From Batkoa obscura (Eukaryota): a stretch of 64,000 nucleotides of DNA. Where the stretch lies: assembly GCA_030770535.1 (NCBI GenBank), contig JASVEC010000013.1:434001-498000 (forward strand), written 5' to 3'. The position numbers and the translations under genes were made by a program. The notes below the pieces were generated by a model. The model saw only the letters and a program-made list of their open reading frames with translations. It was not told the origin of the DNA and ran no database searches. This document shows, piece by piece, positions 47,780 through 62,123 of the stretch (its first letter is position 1; the number at the start of each line of letters is the position of its first letter).

Positions 47780-49486
47780 ATGCAAGCTTTTATAACTAAA
47801 CTTCGAAATGGAATTTCTAAAAACTTTAATACGGTAGGGAGAAGCACATTATACAAACATTGTAATTCATTTACATCAATTTTAGCAACTATTCACAATA
47901 GCCCAAAGTTTATGGAATTTTATAATAAAACAAAAAAAAGAAAAGAAATATTATTAAATTTTACTATTAATAATAACAAACTTAATCAAGCAATGTATAA
48001 AATTAGTACTTTAAGGGAAACAGGAAATAAAAACCAACAAGTAGCATTATTGTCGACTATAGCTTCAGTATATTCTTTTGATGAATGTAAAAGTTTTGGA
48101 TTTAATATAAGTAAAAATCAATATGATTATTCAAAAATAATTAATAATAATAAAATACCAACGTTACGACCTACTATCAAAAATACAAAAAAAATTAAAG
48201 ATGAGCAAATCGAGATTATTATACAATATTTACTTGATAATTCAACTATTTCATCAAGATTTAGTAAAAAAAATAATGATAAATATTCGTCAGAGAATAT
48301 ATATATATTAAATAAAAGTAGAAGAATGATATACAGTAAGTATTTTAATGATTTAAAAGACAAAGCAGTAGCTAGGTCAACATTTTTCAAATATATACCA
48401 AATAATTTTAAAAATCCACCAAGAAAAACAGATTTATGTAATATATGTGCCCAGTATACAGTTAGAAAAAAGCTATTTGAAAATGAAATAAATACAGCGA
48501 CAGAAAATAAAGCAGAGATAGAGGAATCTTTTAATAAAGAAAAAAGGTTATATAAATTACATGAATTTTGTGTTGATACTCAAAAAAACATACTTAATGA
48601 AACTATTGAAAAATTAAATAATAGAAGTTGTATAATAATTTTAGACTTTAAACAAAATATGGAAATAGGAACAAGACCAGATCCAATAAACTTAGACCAT
48701 TATAACAAACAAGCTATATCAGTATTAGGGTTTGGCGTTTTGTATTTAAAAAGCGATAAAACAATAGGCAAAGTTTATTTTGATTACTTATCTGAAATAT
48801 TAAATCATGATTATCCAGCATATGCAGGAGATTGTTTGATTGATTCAATATCTAAAGAGCCTTTATTTAAGAAGTTTACAAAAATTAATATATGGGCAGA
48901 TACAGGATATCATTTTAAATCTCAAGAGTTTTTACATTATGTGTTTGAAGAAATTCATAAAATAAATAGTAGTTTAAATATTGATCTTAATTTTTTTGCT
49001 GAGCATCATGGAAAAAGTATAGTTGACGGACATTTTGGAAATCTTTCACAGTGGAAAAATAGTCTTGAAGCATTAGGTAAAATAGAAGATATTGATCAAT
49101 TAATTTCAAAATTTGAGATTTTTGTTTGTGAAAATAATAGATTTAATAACTCAACTGTCAATAATGGGCAAATAAATATAATTTTTAAAAAGTATGAAAG
49201 AAACAAAGATACAAAAAAAATAATAAAAATAAAAGGTATTAAAAAGTATTTACATTTTATTAAACGTGGTAAAAAACTACACTGTTATCCAGTATCTGAT
49301 AGATCAAAAAAAAGCGATATGATCTCAATTAAAGTTATAGAGTCTATAGAGGATAGAAAAATTAAAAGGTCAACCCCAGCTTATCTTACAAAAATAACTG
49401 AAAATTTAAAAGTTTCAATATTTATTAAACAAGTAAGTAGCTTATTAGATGATAGAAATCAATTATTAAATGTTAATATTACTTAA
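47780..49486 (+). CDS. DDD transposase, Sola-like (closest in motif style to Sola2), 568 aa
   Basis: TDLCNIC...H motif, then LDFKQN, IWADTGYHFKS and FAEHHGKSIVDGHFG catalytic-type blocks; uninterrupted ORF between TIRs. Confidence 0.8.
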   Translation: MQAFITKLRNGISKNFNTVGRSTLYKHCNSFTSILATIHNSPKFMEFYNKTKKRKEILLNFTINNNKLNQAMYKISTLRETGNKNQQVALLSTIASVYSFDECKSFGFNISKNQYDYSKIINNNKIPTLRPTIKNTKKIKDEQIEIIIQYLLDNSTISSRFSKKNNDKYSSENIYILNKSRRMIYSKYFNDLKDKAVARSTFFKYIPNNFKNPPRKTDLCNICAQYTVRKKLFENEINTATENKAEIEESFNKEKRLYKLHEFCVDTQKNILNETIEKLNNRSCIIILDFKQNMEIGTRPDPINLDHYNKQAISVLGFGVLYLKSDKTIGKVYFDYLSEILNHDYPAYAGDCLIDSISKEPLFKKFTKINIWADTGYHFKSQEFLHYVFEEIHKINSSLNIDLNFFAEHHGKSIVDGHFGNLSQWKNSLEALGKIEDIDQLISKFEIFVCENNRFNNSTVNNGQINIIFKKYERNKDTKKIIKIKGIKKYLHFIKRGKKLHCYPVSDRSKKSDMISIKVIESIEDRKIKRSTPAYLTKITENLKVSIFIKQVSSLLDDRNQLLNVNIT

Positions 49487-50099
49487 ATTATTAATAGCTA
49501 AGTTAATAGATAGCCAAAGAGCAAGTAGTTGTAATAATAAGTAAAAACTATTATTATACTGCTTGTATTACATAGGGATGGTTAATTATAGTTTTGGGGC
49601 TAACCACTCCCTCCCATGCAGCTATTTATTAACTTAGCGATATATTAATAATGTAATTATAACATTAGAATTGTTTATTCATTTGATAGCAAATCTGCAG
49701 TGTTGAATATAAAACAGTTAATAATAAATATTTCTTAATAAAGTTATATAAAAGTATATATTTATTTACATATTACAACTTTGACTAATATCACTATACA
49801 GGCTATATTAGTAAAATCTTTACTAATCCAGGAATTTATATTAAATTTAATAAAAATTCCGCTAATTGACAATATAAATTATAACAATATAATTTAAAAC
49901 TGTGTCGGGTACTTTTGGCTTTTAATAAAGAATATTTTTATAGAATTTTAAGCAAAGTTTTTAAAATATAATATTTAAAAATTGGATAAAAAAATGAAAC
50001 CAATTCGGACACCCCCATATACCAAAATTTTGTTATTAAATCAACGGTTAGTTAAGTCGCAATAGAATTGCAGCAGCTGACACTTTTAATTCAAGATTT

Positions 50100-50198
50100 G
50101 AGGATGTCTTTTTTGGCTTCATTACTTTTTCCATTTTTTAAGCACTATTTGAGTGGAAAGATTTGTTAGTAAAATTCTTAAACAAAAAATATATCTCC
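50100..50198 (-). mobile_element. ~100-bp MITE (Sola-like family)
   Basis: GAGGATGTCTTTTTGGCTTCA...ATATCTCC; TSD not clean. Confidence 0.8.
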
Positions 50199-50847
50199 AC
50201 ATACTGGTTTAAAGTTTATTAATTAGTGAATGTAGAATTCTAATTTTATATTTGGTTTGTTTCAGGCACCTTTATTTTAATTTTTTAATTTTGTTAAAAT
50301 TGTTAATTTTATTATTATTTTCAGTTAACTATGATTAAAAATACAAACATTATATTATTGTATTTTATTTATATTTTATTTATATTTTATTAGTTTACCA
50401 GCTTAATTTAAAATTAAGTTACATAAATTTGAACTAGTAAATACTTGATAATAAATCTTGAAATATAAATACACTTTCAAAAAAATCAACTTTTTTTTAA
50501 AAACATAATAATATAATAGCAGAATACTTAATATATAATATTATGGTACTCTGTTATTTATTATTAAAACTGCAAAAAAATAGAAAAGAATAGCTGAATT
50601 TACAAATTTAAAATTTGAACATAAAATATCAAAATTAGAACCAAAATAGTACATATATCAATATAAAAATAATTCTAAATTTACAAATATTAAAAAATAC
50701 TATTAATTAATATACAAAAAGGTATTTTCAACTTTATTTCAAGGTATCTCTATTCTTTATTTTTATTGCAGTGTTTTCCACTGGATTGGATTGTGGGTTG
50801 ATTAGGGTTTATAATTTTTAAAATATTCCATAAGGCCAATAGATTTA

Positions 50848-50919
50848 GGATCCATGGTGTAATGGTTAGCACCCAAGGTTTTGATCCTTGTAATCCGAGT
50901 TCGATTCTCGGTGGGTCCT
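50848..50919 (+). tRNA. tRNA-Gln(TTG)
   Basis: GGATCCA/TGGGTCC acceptor, CAAGG-TTTTGAT-CCTTG anticodon arm, GTTCGATTC, T-run. Confidence 0.95.
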
Positions 50920-51277
50920 TTTCAAAAGTTGATTGTTATTTTCATTCTTACAGTGATTTGAAAAATTTTAATATTAAAAATTCGTTTTTTTATTAAAGGG
51001 GTTAAATAATCAATATAAAATTAATTTTATTATAATTTTTAAAAACTACATTACATTTGAAATTGAACTTTTTAATTTATTTCAATTTTGTTCATTTTTT
51101 ATCTAACATAAAAATCAAAATTATTAATAGCCAAATATATAATCCAAAAAACAACTCCATAAATCCAAATTTAAAGCTCAATTGGCTGCAAAAAATATCC
51201 AAATTTATTCCAATCAATTTTAATATCTTCGAAAATTTCAAATCCTGGATTCAATTTTTTTTTAAATTAAAAAGAAA

Positions 51278-52900
<1,623 letters not shown>

Positions 52901-53111
52901 AAAATACAATTTAATATAGATTAAAATATAGATTATTGAGTAGATTGAACAAGTTGAATAAATTTTATCTTTTTAAATAAAATAAAATAAAGGCGGTTTA
53001 TAAATTTATAAATTTTGATTTTTTTTTATAGCTTTATTTGTGAATTTAAAATAAGAAAATAAGAAAATAAGAGTAATTAAATAGAATTAAGCTAATAGCT
53101 TAATAGATCTA

Positions 53112-53753
53112 TTAGTTTACAACTTCACATTGATTTGATTTATGCTCTTCCGAATTACATTTAAAGCACCTATTGGCAGCTCCCTCTGGATGACAAAACA
53201 CAGTAAAATTATTTAATTTAAAACATCTATCAATATCTTCTTTATCTACTCCTTCAAATGGAATAATAGCCGCCGCTACTAATCTCATGTAAATATTGGT
53301 ATTGGTATACTTTAAATGTTTACAATAAACAATACTACCATACTTGGATAAAAACTTATTTACTTGAGATTCTACTACTTCACCAACATAATCACAAGGG
53401 AGATTAGTGATAGTAATTCCAATGATGGGGTCATCAAAATGATAGGTTTTAACTTTATCTATGGAGTGATTATTGATTGTTAATGGAGTATTTAATGCCC
53501 TTTCTCGATCTTTATTATTATAAAAACCAACTTCTAATTTAGTTCTACTTCGATATTCTAAACAACTTATATGTTGAAATGTATTATTAATTGTTTGTAT
53601 TATAATAGATTCAATTGACTGTTGATTATTATTATTTTGCATTATTGATTGTTGATTGATATTAGATAAATCTAATAATAATCCATAAGCTACACCTGAT
53701 CGATGAATTTTAGTTAAGGGAAAGATATCATAGTTGGTACTTATTAATACTTC

Positions 53754-53787
<34 letters not shown>

Positions 53788-54138
53788 TCTCTTTTTATTG
53801 GATAGATAATTCGTACTTTATTTTCTTTTTCTTCTTTTTTAGGACTATTATTGACTGTAGTTTCTATTTCACCCCTTTTTTTAACCTCTTCTTTTTTATT
53901 GATACTTATATTCTCTACAGCTTCAGTTAATAAAGTTGTCTTCTTTTTTATTTCTTTTAGTACAATTTTTTCTTTATCAATATTTGTTACATTATTACTA
54001 ATATTATTAACATACTCATATACATTATTATCATTTTTTAATTCCGAAGTAAGTACTGAGCAACGGTTGGACTTTATAAAAGGTGGTGTACTTATTTGAC
54101 CATAATCGATTCTTTTGGAATTAATTTCATTTGTAGTA

Positions 54139-54176
<38 letters not shown>

Positions 54177-55150
54177 TGAATCCTTATCAATATTATTATT
54201 ATTATTATTATTATTATTTAACTCCAATGCTTTATTGTTTGTTAATTTAAATTCTAGATTATATTTTAATTTTAGTTCTTTATATTTATCTTCTAAATAA
54301 TAATTTTTCCAATTGGGTTTCTTATTGTCACTGTCTTCTTGTTTTATATTCTTTTCTTTATCTTTTTCTTTTTCCTTAATAAAAATATTAAATTATAATC
54401 TTTATTAATAATTATCTTTACTTACTTGTTCATTTATATTGAAAATATTTTTATTTGATTCATTAGTTTTATCATCTAATAAATTATTAATCCACTCCTC
54501 TTTTTTATTGTTATTTTTTTGTTTCACCTCTTTCTCCTTTAATAATAATAAAATATTAGCTCATAACCCTTAACAATAATTTAATTACTTACCTTGTCAT
54601 AGCATAATAAATTATTCTTATCATAAATTGATTTATTTTCTCTTTTAATTTGTTTTCTATTATCATAAACTTCACTCACTGGATCCCATTCATTAGATAA
54701 ATTCTCAAAATCCATACTTTTATTAATATTATCACTATTACTATTATTATATTGAAATTTATCATTGTTTTCATTTTGTTTAATATCATTATATTCTTCA
54801 TTCATAGGTTCCCATCCAGTTAATAAATTATTATAGTCTATACTTTTATTATTACTTTGATATCGTTTATTTTTATCTAATTGTGTCATCTTTTCATACA
54901 TATCATTACCTTCATTATCTTCATTCATCCAATAAGGTATATCATTATAATATTGATTATTATAAACTGAATTATCAATTGGTATTATACCTTGTGGTGA
55001 GGAGTTATAGTTCAAGTTGTTGTTTATATTATTATTGAAGTTGAAAGATTTCTGCTGAGAGGGGATGAATTCTTTGGCATGTATAAATGCTTTTAAGTCT
55101 TTTTGCTCTTGAGTTGGAGATGGGGGTTTTTTTATAGTGATATTGTTCAT
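53112..55150 (-). CDS. Three-exon Asn-rich protein with C-terminal RRM-like + CCHC zinc knuckle (LINE ORF1/gag-like), ~643 aa
   Basis: Exons 55150-54593, 54536-54426 and 54374-53112 join in frame via GTAAGT...AG introns (56 and 51 nt). ITITNLP...FLSKYGSI and CFKCNSEEHKSNQC near the C-terminus. Confidence 0.7.
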
Positions 55151-56610
55151 TCTCTCAATTTATGTTTTGATAAAGTAATCGTTTGAGTTTGTAAATCTAA
55201 TAAATTAAAACAAGTTCAAGTTAGTATTTCTAATTTAAATGATGAAATTTTTATTTTGTTGATGTGTTAGTTGCGGAATTTAATCTTTTGATACAAGAAT
55301 AAAAATTAAGGATCAATTGTGAAAAATTTCTAAATATTGTGATAAAATTTACTAAATTTTTCATCTTATTGGTTTATTTTTATCAAATGATTCTCCAAAT
55401 TACCAATAATAATTTAATACATGAATATAATTGGTTCGCTTCTTAAACTTTTTATTCTTTGTAAAAGAACCTTATTAATTTTTATTAATAAATTTAATAA
55501 ATTTATAAAGCATATTCACCTTTAATATAATTTATTATATTAGAATATTAGTATCTAATAAATTAACAAGATTAAATATATGACATATATTATAATTATT
55601 ACCAAGTTCAACTTCAACCTGATTCTAAATCAGTATTACCTTTAATTTTAAAACCTAACACTTATATAAACCCCAACATATCTTAATATTAATCCAATAC
55701 TAACTTTAGTCTAATTTAGTATTAATATTAGTTACAGCTTTAGTATTAAACAAATCATATACTGTATCAAATATAAATTGAAGTTTCTTTGATATTTTAT
55801 GAATTTTTATAACATAAAAATTTAATATATTGGTTACTCTTGTAATTGTAAACCTTTATCTAAGATTTTGATAAGAGTGTTATTTTACTTTTTTTATTTT
55901 GACCATTTTTTATACATAAATTTGAAAAATATTGGTAGTAAACTATTAGGTTAAAAGACATTACTATAGTGTGCTTTAAGTAAATGAAATACCTGTATAG
56001 TTTGGGGTAAAAAAACCACTACTGTTGCATAATGTTTAAAATAGTGATAACATAATTAATATTTAATAAAAGATTATTTATTGAACAAAAGCTAGTAAGC
56101 AACATTATGTAATAAAGGTGTTCACCCCAAATCATTTTATTTAAATTTTTTATAGTTTTAATATAAAAAATGCCAAAAAAAGAAAAAAGGATTAGAACTA
56201 TTATTTACGTTAATTAATTTAATACTATACTTCATATTTATTACTGTTACTTAATGTTCATTTAATTATTTAGTATTTTAATATCATTTATTTTAATATT
56301 TTTTTCAGCTTTTCAGCTTAATTTTAGGTTAATAGATTGGCTTGAATAAAAATTAATAAAATAAAATTCAATATAATAAAACGAAAATTTCATATATATA
56401 TATATTAATACAAAAAATTAATAATGTGACAGTATAATATTTAATATAAAAAAAAGGCAAGCGAAATATTTTCTACTTAAAATTATTATAAATAAGTTAA
56501 AATAGAATATATAGCATATATATATTTATTAAGTAAAAGTATTTTTTGTTTTTATTTTGTTTAACTTTATTTAATTGTAGTAGCTATTTTAATATTTTTA
56601 CTTTATTATA

Positions 56611-56702
56611 GATGATGTTTTTTTGTGTTTGAATTTTACTAACAGTCTTTCCGTTCAAATAGCCCTTAAAAGATGGAAAAAATGATGAAAAAAACACCCC
56701 TT
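56611..56702 (+). mobile_element. ~100-bp MITE (Sola-like family)
   Basis: Core TTCCGTTCAAATAGCCCTTAAAAGATGGAAAA...ACACCCC; TATA on both sides. Confidence 0.75.
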
Positions 56703-57450
56703 TATACAAGTATTTTATTTACTTTAAAACATTATAAATTTACAAAAATTAATACTATAAATAAATGAAATTCATTAATTAGCCAAGTTTTATATTTATT
56801 TATTAATTAATATTTTTAAATTTTAATTATTATATTAATGAAATTAATTTTTAATAAAATATTTTTCTATTCTTAAATAATTTTCAACAAAATAATTCCA
56901 TTTATTAAGTTACTTATTTTGTCCTTTATAAAGAATCAGTATTATAACTACTAATTCAAATATCTATCCTGATTAATTTTAACTATTAACTACTCTTTTT
57001 TTCTCCTTCACACTACTTTAATATAATTCATTTGTTTTCAAAATTAAAAACATTTTAGGATAACCCTTTAAATTTTTAAAACTTAAGATTAATTACAAAA
57101 TATGATTTTTATACTATTATAACGTAGCTAATAAATCAAAAATAAAACAAAACTCTAAATCAATAAGCAAGTTGTTCTATGATATTAAATTAAATAAAAA
57201 TTCTATATCAAGTTGACTCATACATAGCCATCCAACTACGCACAACCCTTAATCTAACAAATTTATTATTTTTCTTTCAAAATCAACATTATTTTATGCC
57301 CATTATTTGTCCAAAGATTCAATCTTTCCATAAATTATGGGAAACCAACAAATATGACTCACCAATCAAACTACAATCTCAATCCACATCAAGTTCGAAA
57401 TTCTCTATTTCTTCAAATCACTTGCTTTTTACTTTCAAATAAAAAACAAT

Positions 57451-59520
57451 ATGGCAACTACCGAAGTATTACAAACATATATTTTAAAATCGATTGAAAA
57501 TGTTGATATTCTCAATAGTAAGGGTATGAAGGATCCTATTAATGGAGAAGAATTGGATCAACAAGTGATCTTAGGGGTATTAAATTCACTTGCTAGTAAA
57601 GAGGTAAAATAAAACATAAAAATAGAAATTAACTAACTAAAGATATTTATTTATTTACTCATTATTCTATTTTATTTCTATATTAGATGTTGAAATATAA
57701 AATTATTGAAAAAGAAATTCATTTATTAACCCAAGAAGGTGAATTATTAGCTAGTGAAGGTAGTCATGAAAGTAAAGTATATTATGCAGTACCAGTTGAA
57801 GGGATTAGTTTGAGTGAGTTGGGTAATAAAGTAGATAAAAATAGTTTAAAAGTTGGCCAAGGTAAAGCTTTTAAAAATCAATGGTTAAAAAAAGATGGGG
57901 ATATGATTTATAGAAATGTAAGTTTTGGTTTTATAAATTTAATATTTGATTTTGAGACTAATTAATGAATATTATTTAGGTTGATTCTATTGTTGATAAT
58001 ACTAGAGAAGATTTAATTAAAATTAGAACTAATTTTAATCATGATGATAAAAATATTTTAAAAGAACTTAAAAAGCGTAAACTTATTGAACCAAAGTAAA
58101 CATACAGTAAATATGTAATACATAATATCTAACTTTTTATAATTAGAAAAATTGTGTCTTATGATATTGAAAAAGATGTGAACTTTGCTTTAACTGTTGT
58201 AAAACAAGCTACTGATCTTACTGTTGATATGCTACAAAAGTAAATTTTTTTAATTATAAAATAAGAATACTTAATAACAATCTTAATAAATTAATTTTAG
58301 TGATTTATGGCAAAAATTAAGCTTTAAACAATATAATTTTGATGCTACAGGTTTAGACCCCATGGGTGGACATTTCCATCCCTTATTAAAAGTAAGAGAA
58401 GAATTTCGCAAAATCTTTTTTGAAATGGGGTAAATCGACTATTTTCCTTCTCTCTTTTCTTCACTAACTTTTATTTTTTTCTTCTAGTTTCTCTGAAATG
58501 CCAAGTAATAAGTTTGTTGAAACTTCCTTTTGGAATTTCGATGCTTTATTTCAACCTCAACAACATCCAGCTCGTGATGCTCATGATACTTTTTTTATTA
58601 AAGATCCAGCTTTGTCCGACAAATATCCAAGAGATTATATGGAACGTGTTAAAAAAGTTCATTCTGAAGGTGGGTATGGTTCCTTTGGCTATGGCTATGA
58701 TTGGAAAGAAGAAGAAGCACAAAAATTATTATTAAGAACTCATACTACTGCGATTTCTTCTAATATGCTATATAAGTTAGCTCAGCAGGTAAGTAGAAAA
58801 TTAATTAATATTTTTTTGTTTTTTATTATGTTTTAATAATATTATGTTTTAATAATATTATGTTTTATTAATATTATGTTTTTTTATGTTTAATAGAAAG
58901 AATTTAAACCCGTCAAATGGTTTTCAATTGATCGAGTCTTCAGAAATGAAACGGTAGATGCTACTCATTTAGCTGAATTTCATCAAGTAGAAGGTGTTAT
59001 TGCTGATAAAAATCTAACTCTTGGTGATTTGATCGGCTTTTTAAATCAATTTTTCATGAAAATGGGGGTGACTAATTTAAGATTTAAACCAGCTTATAAT
59101 CCATATACTGAACCATCTTTAGAGATTTTTTCTTGGCATGAAGGTAAGTTTTATATTATTTATAAAAGAATATAATTATAATATATTATACTATATTATA
59201 TTAACATATATATTAATTTATTTTAAATTCAATTAGGTTTTGGTAAATGGGTTGAAATAGGAAATAGTGGTATGTTCCGTCCTGAAATGATCTTACCCAT
59301 GGGGCTTGATCCAGAAGTTCGAGTAATTGCTTGGGGATTATCGTTAGAAAGACCAACAATGATTAAATATGGTATTGATAATATACGTTCTTTAGTTGGT
59401 CACAAAACGGATCTTTCTATGGTTAATAATAATCCGATTTGTAGGTAAGTTGAAATTTTATTTTATTGTTTAAGAATGTGTATTTATTAGACTCTTTTTT
59501 CGTTTAGACTTGATAAGTAA
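57451..59520 (+). CDS. FRS2: Cytosolic phenylalanyl-tRNA synthetase alpha subunit (9 exons)
   Basis: [59 protein letters not shown] and WGLSLERP; ends CRLDK*. Confidence 0.96.
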
Positions 59521-59720
59521 AAATAAAATTAGGAATGGAAGATTATTAAACCATTTTATTTCATTTCTCTATTTAGTAAAAAGATTTTGATTTAAAAGCA
59601 TTAATTTATATCAATTAAACCTATATATCATTAAAAATTAATATCCAACATTTTACTAATATACAAAGCTACCCTTTTACTAGTCTTAAAAAATAATTAA
59701 CTTTACAATATTAGTCACTA

Positions 59721-59792
59721 CTTCCTCACGGGGAATCGAACCCCGGCCGTTCCGGTGAAAGCGGAAAATCCTAACCACTGGACCATGAAGAA
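59721..59792 (-). tRNA. tRNA-Glu(TTC)
   Basis: TTCTTCA/TGAGGAA acceptor, TTCCG-CTTTCAC-CGGAA anticodon arm, GGTTCGATTCC. Confidence 0.95.
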
Positions 59793-61811
59793 GTTATCAG
59801 TTAAAAGTTTTGGGTAGTAATTTAAATTTAAATTTTGATATTCTAAAGTTTAGTGCTGATTTGAATAGTGCCTGGTTTCAGTGAGTTTGATTTGTAACTT
59901 GATATCAATTTTTAATTACATTTAATAGATTGGATGATATGAGTTTTTCAGTTATAATAGTTGAGGTAATTAAACTAAATATACAAGTTTCTATTAGGTT
60001 TGTTTTAAAAATTTAAGATAAAAATGGTTTATATTGCTTGATTCTTGATATGGTATATTACCCGAATACTACCTATTTATCAGTATAAAAACCAATATAA
60101 TTTAATAAATTGATTTTTATTCATATTTTATAGTTTGAATTTCTAAGAATAGCTAATAGATTGAATTTTATTAATGTTCCGATTGAAGTCAAGATGCCAA
60201 TATTTATAAAAATACAATAAAAATAATATAATACATCATCTGATTTCTATATTTTATCATTTTATTTATCTCTTTCATTTAAATTTTATATAAATTTTAA
60301 TAGTTTTTGATTTTATTGAAATTGATTGAATTGTGTTTTAATGACTATTAATTCACTAAAAAAATATTTCTCTAAGCTGATAGTTTAGAACTTTCTTAAT
60401 TTTAAGTTTAATTCAGCTAGTTTCATGGCTTACTTTAATTAGAAATTTGTAAATTGTTATAAAATTTCAAGTTTGATTTTAATGCCAGGGAGTATAATAA
60501 TTCCTATTGAGCAAATTTAAGGGTAGTCTTTCAATTTATCTTTTTTATATAGCTTACTATAGTGCTATCTTTCCTAATAGATTCCAATAAAGTAATCCAA
60601 TATATAAACATTTAAAACAAAATAAAAGTAAACTTACTTTATTTGAACTAACAGTATCTTCAACAATAATCCAACTTCCGCTAACACAAATCAAACCTCT
60701 TAATATAGTAAAACTAACTCTTTATCCATAATTGAACTTAATAGAAGTTTATCTTCTTGGCTTTAATGCAATTTAATGATAACGCAAATGGATTAGTAAT
60801 TCAATTAATGTTTCAATTGTAATCTTAATTTATGTGTGGTTAATAAAGAATAATATCGGGACAAGTTGGATTTCCGATTTCATCTCAAGAAAAATCTTCA
60901 ATTTTACAACTGTTACAGATTTTTTGCGACCTAATTAACTGTTCATTTAAGAGAAAAAATTAGAGTACACTCAATTAAAATATATAATTTAGGCTTTATA
61001 AAAAATGAGTTATATAAATAGTTTAATTATAAAAACCATTGCTAAAAAAGTTATAAAAGAGCTGGAACAGCCGTATAATTTACTTTATTAAGCATACAAT
61101 TAAAGTTTATCCAAATGTATATTATGTCATAGATAACCTTATCCGATTGGTTGCAATAGAATTTCTTTTTTAAACCGAGGAGAAAGATGAGGTAATGGAA
61201 TTGCTCAAGATCAGTTCAGTTAGTTTTGATATTCAAAGCTATGAAGGAGCTTAAAGTGACATAAATATAGTGGAGTTGATAATTGAAGTTTAAAAGCATC
61301 AATTTTCAAATATAAAATTTAGAGTTTTATAAGCATTTAGTATTGTTTTAATTGTGAACGGCTAGTACTTTTTAATTTTTTTAAAAAGTTTTTGTTTGCA
61401 AAAAATTGAGCCTGGTTAAAAGAAATAGCCGATAAGTTATTTGCCTATTCCATTATAAAAGAGTATACAATAAGCACTTCTTTTTTTGACATTAGCAATC
61501 CAACTTAGTACAATTTTTAAAAATTTATATTGAAAACACAAATAAAAATATTATTAACCAAAATTCCTCTTTTTCTTTAAATATTGGGACAACTTACAAC
61601 ATCTTCAGGCTTCACTTTACTCTTACATAATCCAATTCTACTCCCCTTATTTCTACAACAATTCTAAAAATAAACTACTCTTAATAAAAATACTATTCTT
61701 AAAATTATAAATGGAAGTTAACAGTTTAACCCCTGTAAAGATAATGAAAATTTAATATTTAATTAGTTTGGCATCAAAATTGGCTTTAAATAAAGCATTA
61801 AATCCTAAGAA

Positions 61812-61932
61812 TTGGCACAGTTTATCCTTTACTAATTTCGGGTCAACCTAAAAGATGGCGCAGTTCCGGTTTATCCAATAGAGAGTGAGAAAGCAAGGTT
61901 AATAATATTTGATTGGTTGGCAGAGTTTATCC
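61812..61932 (+). promoter_or_regulatory. Repeated TGGC(A/G)(C/G)AG...TTTATCC motif upstream of the ABCB gene
   Basis: TTGGCACAGTTTATCC (61812), TGGCGCAGTTCCGGTTTATCC (61856), TTGGCAGAGTTTATCC (61917). Confidence 0.45.
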
Positions 61933-62123
61933 AGAGCTAGACTAATTTGGCATAATTTAAAGAATGAATGAAAAATAGATTTTGTTTTATAATCATTTAA
62001 GTATATAGATAAAAAGAAGATGAAAAGAAATCAATTATCAAAATAATAATCAAAAAATAAACTTATCATAAGTTTTAAATTCAATTTACAATATTTATTG
62101 TAATAATAACAATATAATTTATA

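Larger units (their letters stand above)
47148..50016 (+). mobile_element. Full-length Sola-like DNA transposon, 2869 bp
   Basis: Perfect 22-bp TIRs GGGGGTGTCCGAATTGGTTTCA (47148-47169 / 49995-50016), 4-bp TSD ATAT, intact transposase ORF. Confidence 0.88.
47052..50079. mobile_element. Older ~155-bp inverted-repeat element split by the Sola-like insertion
   Basis: 47052-47080 CAACTGCTACAACTCTATTGCGAGTTAAT vs reverse complement of 50051-50079 CAGCTGCTGCAATTCTATTGCGACTTAAC (24/29); TA on the left side only. Confidence 0.5.

Noticed and set aside
58820..58890. Short tandem repeat (TATTATGTTTTAATAA-like) in an FRS2 intron
   Set aside because: Ordinary slippage repeat.
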